Shown in pieces: positions 19,929 to 31,024 of a DNA stretch of 64,000 nucleotides. The notes under the pieces were generated by a model. It was not told the DNA's origin and did no database searches. It saw only the letters and a program-made list of their open reading frames with translations. The stretch comes from an uncultured Corynebacterium sp. (lineage in GTDB: Bacteria; Actinomycetota; Actinomycetes; Mycobacteriales; Mycobacteriaceae). Each line of letters starts with the position of its first letter. The stretch's first letter is position 1. A program made the position numbers and the translations under genes. The stretch is from assembly GCA_964613845.1 (NCBI GenBank), contig CAZTIZ010000001.1:17665-81664 (forward strand), in the 5' to 3' direction.

Positions 19929-21409
19929 TCGCACTGACCCTCGAAGAGATCGCGGCCATCACCGGCGGCACCCTCCACGACGTGCCTGATCCACAGGCGC
20001 AGGTGACGGGTTTCGTGGAGTTCGACTCCCGGAAGGTCACCCCGGGTGGGTTATTCATCGCCCTGCCCGGTGCCCGGGTGGACGGCCACGATTTCGCGGA
20101 CACCGCCCTCACCCGGGGTGCCGTCGCTGTGCTGGCGGCCCGGCCGGTGGGAGTCCCCGCCATAGTGGTCGACCCCGTCCCTGTCCCGGAGGGGGACAAC
20201 GCCGACCTCTACGCCAATGACCCGGACGGGTCCGCCGCTGCCGTCGTGGGTGCGCTGTCCGCGCTGGCGAAGGCCGTGGTTAGCCGTTTGATCACGGACC
20301 AGGACCTGACCGTCGTGGGGATCACCGGCTCCGCCGGCAAGACCTCCACCAAGGACCTCATCGCCTCCGTGCTGCGCACCGCCGGAGAAACCGTCGCCCC
20401 GCCCGGTTCCTTCAACAATGAGATCGGGCACCCCTACACCGCCCTGCGCTGTGACCGGGACACCCGGTTCCTGGTCGCGGAACTCTCCGCCCGCGGCCCC
20501 GGGCACATCGCCCATCTCGCACAGATCGCTCCGCCACAGATCGGTGCGGTTCTCAACGTCGGTTCCGCCCACATCGGTGAATTCGGTTCCCGTCAGAACA
20601 TCGCCCGCGCGAAGGGCGAACTGATCGAGTCGCTGCCGACCGCCGGGGAGGGCGGGGTGGCCGTCCTCAACGCCGACGACCCCTTCGTCGCCGCCATGAC
20701 CCCACGCACGGCCGCGAAGGTCGTGACCTATTCCACGGAAGGCAACGCCGACTACCGGGCCAGCGACATCCGGCTCGACGACATCGCCCGCGCCTCCTTC
20801 CTCCTGCACGCGCCGGGCGAGCCCCCCGTCCCGGTGACCCTCCAGGTCTTCGGCGCCCACCAGGTCTCCAACGCCCTGGCCGCCGCGGCCGTGGGCATCG
20901 AGGCCGGACTGAGCCTGCACCAGGTGGCGGAGGGGCTCAACGCCCACCGCACGACCTCCGCCCACCGGATGGACGTCAGTACCCGGTCGGACGGTGTGAC
21001 CGTCATCAACGACGCCTACAACGCCAACCCCGATTCCATGCGTGCCGGCATTGCGGCCCTGGCCTACACCGCCACTGCCCGCCCGCAGGCCCGCTCCATC
21101 GCGGTGCTCGGTGAGATGAGCGAGCTGGGGGAGGGGGCGCTTGACGCCCACCGTGCCCTCGGCGGAGAACTGGCCCGTCACCACATCGACCACCTGATCG
21201 TGGTGGGGGCGGGGGAGAACTGCCGCGTCATGGCCACCGGGGCGGAGAAACGGGGTATACCTACGGAGATCGCCCCCGACATGGCCGCCGCCACCGGGCG
21301 CGTCATCACGCTCCTGGAAGCCAGTGCCTCCCATGATGTGGTCCTGATCAAGGCATCCAATGCCCAGGGGCTGTGGCGGGTGGCGGAGACCCTGCTCGAA
21401 GACGGATAG
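19925..21409 (+). CDS. murF: UDP-N-acetylmuramoyl-tripeptide--D-alanyl-D-alanine ligase
   Basis: GITGSAGKTSTKD P-loop, the dcw position, and an ATGA overlap with the murE stop. Confidence 0.92.
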   Translation: MIALTLEEIAAITGGTLHDVPDPQAQVTGFVEFDSRKVTPGGLFIALPGARVDGHDFADTALTRGAVAVLAARPVGVPAIVVDPVPVPEGDNADLYANDPDGSAAAVVGALSALAKAVVSRLITDQDLTVVGITGSAGKTSTKDLIASVLRTAGETVAPPGSFNNEIGHPYTALRCDRDTRFLVAELSARGPGHIAHLAQIAPPQIGAVLNVGSAHIGEFGSRQNIARAKGELIESLPTAGEGGVAVLNADDPFVAAMTPRTAAKVVTYSTEGNADYRASDIRLDDIARASFLLHAPGEPPVPVTLQVFGAHQVSNALAAAAVGIEAGLSLHQVAEGLNAHRTTSAHRMDVSTRSDGVTVINDAYNANPDSMRAGIAALAYTATARPQARSIAVLGEMSELGEGALDAHRALGGELARHHIDHLIVVGAGENCRVMATGAEKRGIPTEIAPDMAAATGRVITLLEASASHDVVLIKASNAQGLWRVAETLLEDG

Positions 21410-21490
21410 TACGTTCGGCAGGATGAGAGAACGAGTTGGTACGGGAAGAGCCCGAACCCCAGACATCACGGAGAACAGGGACATAAAGAA

Positions 21491-22600
21491 GTGACCCAGA
21501 TCATCATCGCAGGAATCGTGAGCTTCCTCGTCGCCATCTTCACCACCCCGCTGCTCATCCGCTGGTTCTCGGCGGAAGGCATCGGGCAGGAGATACGGGA
21601 GGACGGCCCGAAGTCACACCTGCGTAAGCGTGGCACACCGACGATGGGTGGCATCGCCATTCTCGCCGGTATCCTCGTGGCCTATCTCGCCAGCGGTATC
21701 TACGGTCTGACCACCGGCGCGAGCGCCTTCACCGCCTCCGGGCTACTGGTTCTGGGACTCACCCTCGGACTGGGTGCGCTCGGCTTCGCCGATGACTTCA
21801 TCAAGCTGTTCCGGGCCCGCAACCTCGGCCTGAACAAGACCGCCAAGCTCCTCGGCCAGCTCGTGCTGGCCGTCGCCTTCGGTCTGCTGATCCTCCAGTT
21901 CCCCAACGAGCAGGGGCTGACCCCGGGATCGACGAACCTGTCCTTCATCCGCGACATTGAGACGCTGGACCTGGCCATCGGCGGCGCCGTCATCGGCACC
22001 ATCATCTTCCTGGTCTTCATCTACATCCTGGTCTCCGCCTGGTCGAATGCCGTCAACCTCACCGACGGTCTGGACGGCCTGGCCGCCGGCGCCACCGCCT
22101 TCGTCATGGGCGCATACACGATCATCACCTTCTGGCAGTTCCGCAACTCCTGCTCGGTGTCCGTGGAGCCGGGCTGTTACTCCGTGCGCGACCCCCTGGA
22201 CCTGGCGGTGCTCGCCGCCGCCGGCCTCGGTGCCTCCCTGGGCTTCCTGTGGTGGAACGCCGCACCGGCGAAGATCTTCATGGGGGACACCGGCTCCCTG
22301 GCCCTCGGTGGCCTGGTCGCCGGCCTGTCCGTGGCATCGCGCACCGAGCTGCTCATGATCATCATCGGTGCCCTCTTCGTCATCGAGGCCGCCTCCGTGG
22401 TCATCCAGGTGATCGTGTTCCGCACCACCGGCAAGCGCTTCTTCCGCATGGCCCCCTTCCACCACCACTTCGAGAACGGTGGCTGGGCTGAGACGACCGT
22501 CGTCATCCGTTTCTGGCTCATCGCCGCGATGGCTGTCATGCTGGGTGTGACCATCTTCTACGGTGAATGGCTCAGCACCACCGGAGTGAGTCTGCTGTGA
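21491..22600 (+). CDS. mraY: phospho-N-acetylmuramoyl-pentapeptide transferase
   Basis: 10-TM protein with the motifs [20 protein letters not shown] and PFHHHFE. Confidence 0.95.
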   Translation: MTQIIIAGIVSFLVAIFTTPLLIRWFSAEGIGQEIREDGPKSHLRKRGTPTMGGIAILAGILVAYLASGIYGLTTGASAFTASGLLVLGLTLGLGALGFADDFIKLFRARNLGLNKTAKLLGQLVLAVAFGLLILQFPNEQGLTPGSTNLSFIRDIETLDLAIGGAVIGTIIFLVFIYILVSAWSNAVNLTDGLDGLAAGATAFVMGAYTIITFWQFRNSCSVSVEPGCYSVRDPLDLAVLAAAGLGASLGFLWWNAAPAKIFMGDTGSLALGGLVAGLSVASRTELLMIIIGALFVIEAASVVIQVIVFRTTGKRFFRMAPFHHHFENGGWAETTVVIRFWLIAAMAVMLGVTIFYGEWLSTTGVSLL

Positions 22601-24054
22601 ATGGAGCCGACATTACCGATAACCAAGCCCTCTCCGTCCTCTCGGGCAAGGTCCTCGTGGCGGGCGCCGGTGTCTCCGGTGTCGGCTGCGCACGCCTGCT
22701 CACCCATCTCGGCATCGACACCACCATCGCCGACGACAACACCGGGGCACTCGCCCGCGCCGTGGCGGAGACCGGCGGCCGGGCCGGGGGCATCGACGTC
22801 GCTGAGGCCCGCGGCCGCCTCATGGAGTACTCCACCCTGGTGACCTCGCCGGGCTGGCGTCCTGACTCACCACTGCTCGTCGACGCCGCCTTCGCCAACT
22901 GCGAGGTCATCGGCGACGTGGAGCTGGCCTACCGGCTCGACCGCGCGGGGGTCTTCGGCCCGCCGCGCACCTGGCTGGTGGTCACCGGTACGAACGGGAA
23001 AACCACCACCACCGCCATGCTGGCCGCCATGATGGGGGAGCTTGGCAGGGACACCGGTCTGCGGGCGGAGGCGGTGGGCAACATCGGCGTCGCAGTGACC
23101 GATGCCCTCGTCGACAGAGAACGCATCGACGTCCTCGTCGCGGAGCTCTCCAGCTTCCAGCTCCACTGGTCCTCCCAGCTGACCCCGGACGCCGGGGTCC
23201 TGCTCAACCTCGCCGACGACCACATCGACTGGCACGGCAGCTTCACCAACTACGTCGCGGCGAAGGCCAGGGTGCTCACCGCCCCAGTGGCCATCGCAGG
23301 GGTCGATGACCGTCGCGTGCGGGAACAACTCCGGCGGGTGCCCCCGGCTAACCTCATCGGTTTCACCCTCGACGAACCGAAACACGGACAGTTCGGGGTC
23401 AGCCACGGCATGCTGGTGGACAACACCGGTGCGGAACCGGTCGCACTGGCCCGGGCCAGGGGCATCGAGCCCTCCGGACCTGCCGGCGTACTCGACGCCC
23501 TCGCCGCTGCGGCCGTGGCACGCTCCCAGGGGGCGCGTCCCGAGCACATCTCCGCCGCCCTCCACTCCTTCCAGGTGGCCGGTCACCGGGGACAGACCGT
23601 GGAGACTCGTGGGGGAGTGCGCTTCATCGACAACTCCAAGGCCACCAACCCGCACGCCGTCGATGCCGCGATGTCCGGCCTCAGTTCCGTCATCTGGGTG
23701 GCCGGCGGCCAGCTCAAGGGCGCGGACATCACCGGGCTGGTGGCCGGTCACGCCGACCGTCTCAAGGCTGCTGCGGTGCTGGGGGTGGACCGTGCCCAGT
23801 TCACGAAGGCCCTGGAACGGCACGCCCCGCATGCCCGGCTACAGGTCACCGACTCCACTGACCCCTCCGGGGCCATGGACGAGCTCATCGACTGGGCCGT
23901 GTCCATCGCCGAGCCGGGTGACACGGTGCTGCTCGCCCCGGCGGCGGCCTCCCTCGACATGTACACCGGCATGGCCCAGCGCGGTGACCTCTTCATCGAG
24001 GCCGTGGGTCGGCACGTCGACCGGCTGGAGCAGAAGCAGGGGACCCTGCCATGA
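22597..24054 (+). CDS. murD: UDP-N-acetylmuramoylalanine--D-glutamate ligase
   Basis: N-terminal Rossmann motif GAGVSGVG and P-loop [12 protein letters not shown] 22597 (GTGA overlap with the mraY stop) is preferred to track start 22567. Confidence 0.9.
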   Translation: MNGADITDNQALSVLSGKVLVAGAGVSGVGCARLLTHLGIDTTIADDNTGALARAVAETGGRAGGIDVAEARGRLMEYSTLVTSPGWRPDSPLLVDAAFANCEVIGDVELAYRLDRAGVFGPPRTWLVVTGTNGKTTTTAMLAAMMGELGRDTGLRAEAVGNIGVAVTDALVDRERIDVLVAELSSFQLHWSSQLTPDAGVLLNLADDHIDWHGSFTNYVAAKARVLTAPVAIAGVDDRRVREQLRRVPPANLIGFTLDEPKHGQFGVSHGMLVDNTGAEPVALARARGIEPSGPAGVLDALAAAAVARSQGARPEHISAALHSFQVAGHRGQTVETRGGVRFIDNSKATNPHAVDAAMSGLSSVIWVAGGQLKGADITGLVAGHADRLKAAAVLGVDRAQFTKALERHAPHARLQVTDSTDPSGAMDELIDWAVSIAEPGDTVLLAPAAASLDMYTGMAQRGDLFIEAVGRHVDRLEQKQGTLP

Positions 24055-25499
24055 CCACCCGGCAGCGTCCGGGTCGTCTCGTCAGGACCTTCTCCGCCCT
24101 CAACCAGTGGTTGAACGCCCGCCCGGGTTTCGACTACCTGATGATTCGCTCCGTGGTGTTCCTGCTCACCGGCATCGGGGTGGTCATGGTGATGTCCTCC
24201 TCGATGACGTGGTCGGTCATCGAGGGTAGCACCGTGTGGGGCCAGGCGATACGCCAGGGCGCCATGGTCATCGTCGGCCTGCTGGTCTTCTGGCTGGCAC
24301 TGAAGATCCGGCCCGGCTTCATCCGCAGGATCGCCCCCTGGCTGCTGGGGATATCGCTGCTGCTGCTGGTCCTGGTACTCATCCCGGGTATCGGGACGGG
24401 ACGTGAGGAAGTGGGGTCCCAGTCCTGGATCGTGCTCGGCCCCCTGCGGTTGCAGCCCTCTGAGGTGGCGAAGGTGACCATCGGAATCTGGGGGGCCTCC
24501 TTCCTGGCGGACAAACGCCACACCAGCTCCGGTCTGCGCAGCCCCTTCACGATCTACACGATCGTCGCGCTGGTCTTCATGCTGCTGATCTTCGCTCAGG
24601 GCGATGCTGGCATGGCGGTGGCCTTTGCCATCGTCATCGTCTTCACGCTCTTCTTCGCAGGCGTCAACCTGCGCTGGATCCTCGCCGCCGGCCTGATCGC
24701 CGCCGCAGGCATGGCGGCCCTGATGTTCCTGGGCGGTTTCCGTTCCTACCGATTCCACGTCTACTTCGACGCCCTCTTCGGCCGGTTCCAGGACACCCAG
24801 GGCTGGGCGTTCCAGTCCTACCAGGGTTTTCTTTCCCTGGCAGACGGTTCGGTCTCCGGCGTGGGACTCGGTCAGTCCCGGGCCAAATGGTTCTACCTTC
24901 CCGAGGCGAAGAACGACTTCATCTTCGCGGTGATCGGCGAGGAACTCGGTCTCTGGGGCGGGGCACTGGTCATCTTCCTGTTCACCGCCCTGGGTGTCTT
25001 CGGCCTCCGGACCGCCCTGCGCGCCCAGGACCAGTTCCAGTCGCTCATGGCGGCCACCCTGACCGCTGGCGTGGTGTCCCAGGCCTTCGCCAACATCGGC
25101 TATGTCGTCGGTGTCCTGCCGGTCACCGGCATCCAGCTGCCCCTGATCTCCGCGGGTGGTACCTCCGTGATCATCACGCTGGCCTCGATGGGGTTGCTGG
25201 CCTCCATGGCACGCCATGAACCGGAGGCCGTCTCGGCGATGCAGTCCTACGGGCGTCCCCTCTTCGACCGGATCTTCCTGATCGGGGAACCCACCCCCGG
25301 GGCGGGGGACCCGAACCCGCCCCGGGAGCCACGGGGCAGCCAGACTCCGCGCCGGGCGGCGGAACGCTTCGGCGACCCCGTGACCGGCCGCCGTCGCCCC
25401 CGGGGTGACGCTGGTACCGTCAGTGAGGATCTCCGCGACCGGCCGCAACGCACCCGGCTGCGTGAGCACCCACGTCGTGATCAGGATAGGAGACGGTAG
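24051..25499 (+). CDS. ftsW: SEDS-family peptidoglycan glycosyltransferase FtsW with an Arg/Pro-rich cytoplasmic tail
   Basis: FtsW/RodA/SpoVE-type polytopic protein (PEAKNDFIFAVIGEELG, GIQLPLISAGGTS). ATGA overlap with the murD stop. Confidence 0.9.
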   Translation: MTTRQRPGRLVRTFSALNQWLNARPGFDYLMIRSVVFLLTGIGVVMVMSSSMTWSVIEGSTVWGQAIRQGAMVIVGLLVFWLALKIRPGFIRRIAPWLLGISLLLLVLVLIPGIGTGREEVGSQSWIVLGPLRLQPSEVAKVTIGIWGASFLADKRHTSSGLRSPFTIYTIVALVFMLLIFAQGDAGMAVAFAIVIVFTLFFAGVNLRWILAAGLIAAAGMAALMFLGGFRSYRFHVYFDALFGRFQDTQGWAFQSYQGFLSLADGSVSGVGLGQSRAKWFYLPEAKNDFIFAVIGEELGLWGGALVIFLFTALGVFGLRTALRAQDQFQSLMAATLTAGVVSQAFANIGYVVGVLPVTGIQLPLISAGGTSVIITLASMGLLASMARHEPEAVSAMQSYGRPLFDRIFLIGEPTPGAGDPNPPREPRGSQTPRRAAERFGDPVTGRRRPRGDAGTVSEDLRDRPQRTRLREHPRRDQDRRR

Positions 25500-25502
25500 G
25501 CC

Positions 25503-26582
25503 GTGGAAAAATCCCAGCCCAGTATTGTTCTCGCCGGTGGAGGAACCGCCGGTCATATCGAGCCGGCCCTGGCGGTGGGAGAGGCGCTACGGGAACGGTA
25601 CGGCGTGGAGCTGACGGCGATCGGCACCGCCCGGGGTCTGGAGACCTCCCTCGTCCCCGAGCGGGGCGTCGAACTGCGGCTGATCGACCCGGTGCCGGTG
25701 CCGCGCACCCTCAGCCTTGACCTGCTGAAGCTGCCGTTCCGGCTGCTCAGGTCGGTCTGGCAGGCGCGGCGCATCCTGCGGGACACGCGTGCCGACGCCC
25801 TGTTCGGCACCGGTGGCTACGTCGCCGCTCCGGCCTACGTGGCGGCACGCAGCCTCGGTCTGCCCTTCTATGTCCTGGAGCCGAATGCCCTGACGGGAAT
25901 GGCCAACAAGCTGGGGGTGCGGTTGGGCGGCACCGGCTTCAACGCGGTGGCGGACTCCGGGATGCCGGGGGAGGTCACCGGCATCCCGGTGCGTTCCGGC
26001 GTCGGCGAGGACCCGGCGGGCCTGGCCCGCGCCAGGGCCAGGCAACAGTGGGGGCTGTCGGAGGATCGGCCGACCCTGCTGGTCACCGGTGGTTCCCAGG
26101 GGGCCGCGAGCCTCAACCGGGCGGTGGCGGGTGCGGTGGACCGGCTCGTCGCCGCCGGATTCCAGGTGCTCCACGCCTACGGCCGGAAGAATGCCGCGCC
26201 CGTGGCCCGGGAGCATTATGTCCCGCTGCCCTATATCGGGGACATGGCGGCCGCCTACGCCGTCGCCGACCTCATCGTCTGCCGTTCCGGCGCGATGACC
26301 GTGGCCGAGGTGACCGCGGCCTCCCTCCCGGCCGTGTACGTACCCCTGCCGCACGGTAACGGTGAGCAGGGACTCAACGCCACCGGGGTCGTGGCTGCCG
26401 GCGCCGCCCGCTTGATCGACGATGCCGACCTGGACCCCGATCTGTTGGTCGAGCACGTCGTCGGTATTCTCGCGGAGCCGACGGTCCTGGAACGCATGCG
26501 AGCCGCCGCCGCCGGCAGTGGGTCCAGTGACGTCGCCGACCGCCTGGCGGACCGGATCATCGCGGATCTGTCCGTCTCCTGA
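25503..26582 (+). CDS. murG: undecaprenyldiphospho-muramoylpentapeptide beta-N-acetylglucosaminyltransferase
   Basis: [14 protein letters not shown]-terminus, VTGGSQGA, and SGAMTVAEV...P.....GEQ motifs. Confidence 0.93.
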   Translation: MEKSQPSIVLAGGGTAGHIEPALAVGEALRERYGVELTAIGTARGLETSLVPERGVELRLIDPVPVPRTLSLDLLKLPFRLLRSVWQARRILRDTRADALFGTGGYVAAPAYVAARSLGLPFYVLEPNALTGMANKLGVRLGGTGFNAVADSGMPGEVTGIPVRSGVGEDPAGLARARARQQWGLSEDRPTLLVTGGSQGAASLNRAVAGAVDRLVAAGFQVLHAYGRKNAAPVAREHYVPLPYIGDMAAAYAVADLIVCRSGAMTVAEVTAASLPAVYVPLPHGNGEQGLNATGVVAAGAARLIDDADLDPDLLVEHVVGILAEPTVLERMRAAAAGSGSSDVADRLADRIIADLSVS

Positions 26583-26628
26583 CCCCTCCCGTTCTTCCTT
26601 CCTTTCCCACGAATCCCTGGAGCGCCCC

Positions 26629-28065
26629 GTGACCCAGCCTGTCGACCTGTCCCGTGTCCATCTCATCGGTATCGGTGGTTCCGGAATGTCCGGCGTCGCC
26701 CGGATCCTGCTGGCCCGGGGCGCGGTCGTCTCCGGCTCCGACGTCAAGGAGTCACGGCCGGTGCTCGCCCTGCGATCCATGGGGGCACGGATCGCCGTCG
26801 GTCACGCTGCGGAGAACCTGGCCGTGGACGGGCGGTTGCCCACCGTGGTGGTGACCTCCTTCGCCGCCATCCCGCAGGACAACCCGGAGCTGCTCGCCGC
26901 GGCGGAGCACGGCATCCCCGTCATCCGTCGGTCAGATCTGCTGGCGGAGCTGATGGAGGGCAGTCGTCAGGTGCTCATCGCGGGTACCCACGGCAAGACA
27001 TCCACCACGTCGATGGCGGTCGTGGCGATGCAGGCGGCCCACCTGGACCCCAGCTTCGCCATCGGCGGTCAGCTCAACCGTTCCGGCACCAACGCCCACC
27101 ACGGCTCCGGTGAGACCTTCATCGCGGAGGCCGACGAATCGGACGCCTCCCTGCTGCGGTACCGCCCCGATGTGGCCGTGGTGACCAACATCGAGCCGGA
27201 CCACCTGGACTACTTCGGTACCGCGGAAGCCTACTTCCGGGTCTTCGACGACTTCGCCGACCGCATCACCGAAGGTGGGCACCTGGTGGTCTGTCTCGAT
27301 GACGGGCACGCCGCCGCGCTGGGTGAGAGAAGTCTCGCCCGGGGTGTCAACGTCGTCGGCTACGGCACCACCGCGGCGGCCGCCGCCCACCCGGAGATCC
27401 CCGTGGCGGCAGAGATCCTGGGCGTGGCGGTGTCGGCGGCGGGCTCCCAGGCCCGGATCAGGGTGGGGGATCAGGTACTCGACGTCACCGTCCAGACCCC
27501 CGGTATGCACATGGTGCTCAACGGTGCCGCCGCCCTCGTCGCGGGTCTCCTGTCCGGGGGGGAGTTGGAGGAGCTCGCGAACGGTCTGTCCGGTTTCAGC
27601 GGTGTCCGTCGCCGCTTCGAGTACCGGGGGACCGTGGAGTCCGGCGAGTTCGCCGGGGTTCGCGTCTACGACGACTACGCCCACCACCCGACGGAGGTCA
27701 CCGCGGTGCTCGGTGCGGCACGTGAGAAGGTTCAGGCGGAGGGGCAGGGCCGGGTCATCGCGGTCTTCCAGCCGCACCTGTACTCGCGCACCCTGGAGTT
27801 CGCCTCCGAGTTCGCCGAGGCGCTCTCCCTGGCGGACGCGGCGGTGGTCCTGGAGATCTACGGGGCCCGCGAGGAACCGGTGGAGGGGGTCACCGCCCGC
27901 ATCATCACCGATCAGATGACCTGCCAGGTCGCCTACGAACCGGACTTCTCCGCTGTCCCGGAGACGGTGCGCGGGCTCGTCCGCGCCGGCGACCTGGTGC
28001 TGACGATGGGCGCGGGCAGCGTGACCCTGTCGGCCGCTGAGATCCTCGACGGGCTCGGCCGGTAG
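26629..28065 (+). CDS. murC: UDP-N-acetylmuramate--L-alanine ligase
   Basis: [15 protein letters not shown] and [11 protein letters not shown] motifs. GTG 26629 is chosen; the track ORF start at 26422 overlaps murG. Confidence 0.92.
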   Translation: MTQPVDLSRVHLIGIGGSGMSGVARILLARGAVVSGSDVKESRPVLALRSMGARIAVGHAAENLAVDGRLPTVVVTSFAAIPQDNPELLAAAEHGIPVIRRSDLLAELMEGSRQVLIAGTHGKTSTTSMAVVAMQAAHLDPSFAIGGQLNRSGTNAHHGSGETFIAEADESDASLLRYRPDVAVVTNIEPDHLDYFGTAEAYFRVFDDFADRITEGGHLVVCLDDGHAAALGERSLARGVNVVGYGTTAAAAAHPEIPVAAEILGVAVSAAGSQARIRVGDQVLDVTVQTPGMHMVLNGAAALVAGLLSGGELEELANGLSGFSGVRRRFEYRGTVESGEFAGVRVYDDYAHHPTEVTAVLGAAREKVQAEGQGRVIAVFQPHLYSRTLEFASEFAEALSLADAAVVLEIYGAREEPVEGVTARIITDQMTCQVAYEPDFSAVPETVRGLVRAGDLVLTMGAGSVTLSAAEILDGLGR

Positions 28066-28076
28066 ATTCGACTGGC

Positions 28077-28736
28077 ATGTCGAAGAAGCTCATTGTCAGC
28101 GTCCTCGCCGCCCTGATGACCCTCACCGTCATGGCGGTGGGGGCGGTGTGGGCGTTTCCGGTGTTGCGGGTCGCTGATTACGAGGTGACCGGCAACGACC
28201 GGATCTCGGACGAGGTGGTGCAGGAGGCCACGGGGGTGGTCGTGGGGGAGAACATGATGCGGATCGACATCGTCGACGCCGCAGCTGGCGTCGCGGGTCT
28301 GCCGTGGGTCCGCTCGGTCACGGTGTCCCGCCGGTGGCCGGACACCCTGGGGGTGGAGGTCATCGAACGGCAGGCGGTACTCTACGCCGATGAACCGGAC
28401 GGGGCCCTCCTGATCGACGGGGCCGGTACCCCCTTTCTCATCGATGTCCCACCGGAGACCGCGGTGGAGATCACCGGCGCCGGATCTGACGAGACTGACG
28501 TACTCAGCGAGGTGGCCGAGGTCGTGGGCTCCCTCCCTGAGTACGTCCTTGAGCAGGTAGCGAGGGTGGACGCGCCCAGCGCCCCCGACATCCAGTTCCA
28601 CCTCCACGACGGACGTACCGTCTACTGGGGGGCGAACGAGAACAACCATGACAAGGCTCTGGCGATGGAGACCGTCCTCACCCGGACCGGCCAGCACTGG
28701 AATATTTCCGCCCCCACCATGGTGACGGTGCGTTAA
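28077..28736 (+). CDS. ftsQ: cell division protein FtsQ (POTRA domain)
   Basis: N-terminal TM segment followed by POTRA-like LRVADYEVTGNDRISDEVV...V.V.RRWPDTL.V.V.ER. It sits between murC and ftsZ. Confidence 0.85.
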   Translation: MSKKLIVSVLAALMTLTVMAVGAVWAFPVLRVADYEVTGNDRISDEVVQEATGVVVGENMMRIDIVDAAAGVAGLPWVRSVTVSRRWPDTLGVEVIERQAVLYADEPDGALLIDGAGTPFLIDVPPETAVEITGAGSDETDVLSEVAEVVGSLPEYVLEQVARVDAPSAPDIQFHLHDGRTVYWGANENNHDKALAMETVLTRTGQHWNISAPTMVTVR

Positions 28737-28927
28737 CTGCTGGGGCTGTCTGACACCGTGGAACGGGGACTGGGCTACTCTGGTCTTCAGGTCGGTGCGC
28801 CCCGTGCCGCTCAACCAACTGAATAACTGCACGTCAGAAACCCTGAACCAAAGGTTGAGAGTCCCGACACGCCGCCCGGATGTGCTCCCCATCGGAGGGT
28901 TTTTGCCCCATGATGGTCTGAGAGTTT

Positions 28928-28963
28928 GCCCCGGCGTGAATACGGGGCGTTTTAAAACCCCGT
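28928..28963 (+). promoter_or_regulatory. two mutually exclusive GC hairpins in the ftsZ leader (attenuator-like)
   Basis: GCCCCG (28928-33) pairs with CGGGGC (28943-48), followed by GTTTTAAAA. Alternatively ACGGGG (28942-47) pairs with CCCCGT (28958-63), which places the U-run in the loop. Confidence 0.35.
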
Positions 28964-29002
28964 TAGAAGCTTTCCCAGACTTGAAAGGCGAGACCCATAC
29001 CC

Positions 29003-30265
29003 ATGACCTCTCCGAACAACTACCTCGCCGTCATCAAGGTCGTCGGTGTCGGCGGTGGTGGCGTCAATGCCGTGAACCGGATGATCGAGGAGAGCCTCAA
29101 GGGAGTCGAGTTCGTCGCCATAAACACCGACTCCCAGGCTCTGCTGTTCTCTGATGCCGACACCAAGCTCGACATCGGCCGTGAGGCCACCCGCGGCCTC
29201 GGCGCCGGCGCCAACCCGGAGGTCGGCCGTACCTCCGCGGAGGACCACAAGTCGGAGATCGAGGAGACCATCAAGGGCGCCGACATGGTCTTCGTCACCG
29301 CCGGTGAGGGCGGTGGAACCGGCACCGGTGCGGCCCCGGTCGTCGCCGGGATCGCCAAGAAGCTCGGCGCCCTGACCGTCGGTGTGGTCACCCGCCCCTT
29401 CAGGTTTGAGGGCAAGCGCCGCACCCGCCAGGCGCTCGAGGGCATCGAGGTCCTCAAGGAGGTCTGCGACACCCTCATCGTCATCCCCAACGACCGGCTC
29501 CTTCAGCTCGGTGACGCCTCCCTCTCCATGATGGAGGCCTTCCGGGCCGCTGATGAGGTCCTGCACAACGGTGTCCAGGGCATCACCAACCTGATCACCA
29601 CCCCGGGCGTGATCAACGTGGACTTCGCCGACGTGCGCTCCGTCATGTCGGACGCCGGATCCGCCCTGATGGGCGTGGGTTCCGCCCGCGGCGATGACCG
29701 TGTCATGGTCGCCGCCAAGCAGGCAATAAACTCTCCGCTGCTGGAGTCCACCATGGAGGGGGCCAAGGGCGTGCTGCTGTCCGTGGCCGGCGGTTCGGAC
29801 CTCGGCCTGCAGGAGGTCTACGAGGCCGCCTCCATCGTCGAGGAACAGGCCGACCCGGATGCCAACATCATCTTCGGCACCATCATCGACGACAATCTCG
29901 GCGACGAGGTTCGCGTCACCGTCATCGCCACAGGTTTCGACGCGGCCTCCAACGCCGCCTCGGCGGCGGGCTCCCCGCAGGCTGAGGCCCCGGCCCAGTC
30001 CGACAACAACAGCGAGCGCGGCGCACTGTTCGACGAGCGCGAGAAGGCCGTCCCGGAGTCGGATCCGACCCCGGCACCTGCCCCGGAACGCAGCCCCACC
30101 CCGCAGCCGGCCGCACGCAACCGTCACCGCGAGGAGGATCGTGACCGCAGCCAGCGCCAGCACTCCCGCGGCCTGTTCACCTCCGGTGACGACAGCCGCT
30201 ACCGCAGCCAGGAGCGCCGCCGGGATGACGGCGATGACCTCGATGTGCCCAGCTTCATGCGCTAA
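29003..30265 (+). CDS. ftsZ: cell division GTPase FtsZ
   Basis: [13 protein letters not shown] and [13 protein letters not shown] tubulin signature motifs. C-terminal peptide [10 protein letters not shown]. Confidence 0.98.
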   Translation: MTSPNNYLAVIKVVGVGGGGVNAVNRMIEESLKGVEFVAINTDSQALLFSDADTKLDIGREATRGLGAGANPEVGRTSAEDHKSEIEETIKGADMVFVTAGEGGGTGTGAAPVVAGIAKKLGALTVGVVTRPFRFEGKRRTRQALEGIEVLKEVCDTLIVIPNDRLLQLGDASLSMMEAFRAADEVLHNGVQGITNLITTPGVINVDFADVRSVMSDAGSALMGVGSARGDDRVMVAAKQAINSPLLESTMEGAKGVLLSVAGGSDLGLQEVYEAASIVEEQADPDANIIFGTIIDDNLGDEVRVTVIATGFDAASNAASAAGSPQAEAPAQSDNNSERGALFDEREKAVPESDPTPAPAPERSPTPQPAARNRHREEDRDRSQRQHSRGLFTSGDDSRYRSQERRRDDGDDLDVPSFMR

Positions 30266-30274
30266 CCTCTGAGC

Positions 30275-31006
30275 ATGGCAGCAACCGAGCACATCCGCCC
30301 CGTCCGCATGGTCTTCACCAGCCGTGCGGGCGGGGTTTCCGCATCCCCCCACGCATCCTTCAACTTGGCCGATCACGTCGACGACGACCCCGCCGCCGTC
30401 GCAGCCAACCGCCGCCGACTGGCGGATACCGTGGGCCTGGACCCGGCCCGGATCGTGTGGATGGAGCAGGTGCACTCCAACACCGTCACCGTCGTCGACG
30501 GGCCACGGACCGGGCCGGTGGAGACCACCGACGCCCTCGTGACCACCGAACAGGGACTCGCGCTGGCCGTGCTGGTCGCGGACTGCGTGCCGGTGTTGCT
30601 CGCGGATCACACCGCAGGGGTCGCCGCCGCGGCCCACGCTGGACGGATGGGCGCGCGCAACGGCATCGTGCGCGCAACCGTCGAAACCATGCTGGACCTG
30701 GGGGCCACCCCCTCCGGAATCCAGGTGCTCATGGGACCGGCGGCTTCCGGCCGGAACTACGAGGTGCCCGCTGAGATGGCCCTGGACGTCGAGTCACGCC
30801 TGCCCGGCTCCCGCACGCGGACCACGAAGGGGACCTGGGGCATCGACGTGCGCGCCGGCCTCGTCCGGCAACTCATGGGCCTCGGGGTGACCACCATCGA
30901 GGCCGACCCACGCTGCACCATCGAGGACACGGACTTCTTCTCCCACCGGAGGGAAGGCGTCACCGGCCGGCAGGCCGGCCTGGTGTGGCTCAACGACCGG
31001 AACTGA
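30275..31006 (+). CDS. pgeF: peptidoglycan editing factor PgeF / YfiH laccase-domain protein
   Basis: GGVS..P..S.NL, QVHS and ADC.P motifs of the YfiH/DUF152 family. It lies immediately after ftsZ, as in Actinobacteria. Confidence 0.85.
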   Translation: MAATEHIRPVRMVFTSRAGGVSASPHASFNLADHVDDDPAAVAANRRRLADTVGLDPARIVWMEQVHSNTVTVVDGPRTGPVETTDALVTTEQGLALAVLVADCVPVLLADHTAGVAAAAHAGRMGARNGIVRATVETMLDLGATPSGIQVLMGPAASGRNYEVPAEMALDVESRLPGSRTRTTKGTWGIDVRAGLVRQLMGLGVTTIEADPRCTIEDTDFFSHRREGVTGRQAGLVWLNDRN

Positions 31007-31024
31007 CAGGAAGGACACCCCTCC

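Noticed and set aside
14365-21484. Large minus-strand ORFs over rsmH-ftsL, ftsI and murF (14365..15936, 16235..18772, 20051..21484). The same phenomenon appears elsewhere (508..1650, 47166..48965, 60378..62924 +, 50809..52350).
   Set aside because: The reasoning is the same. They lie opposite strongly identified dcw, dnaE1 and treY genes, have low-complexity Arg/Gly/Pro/His-rich translations, and show no plausible SD or family motif.
15498-24054. Five 4-nt start/stop overlaps (GTGA/ATGA) in the dcw cluster as something unusual.
   Set aside because: This is ordinary translational coupling in compact operons. It was noted only to fix start codons.
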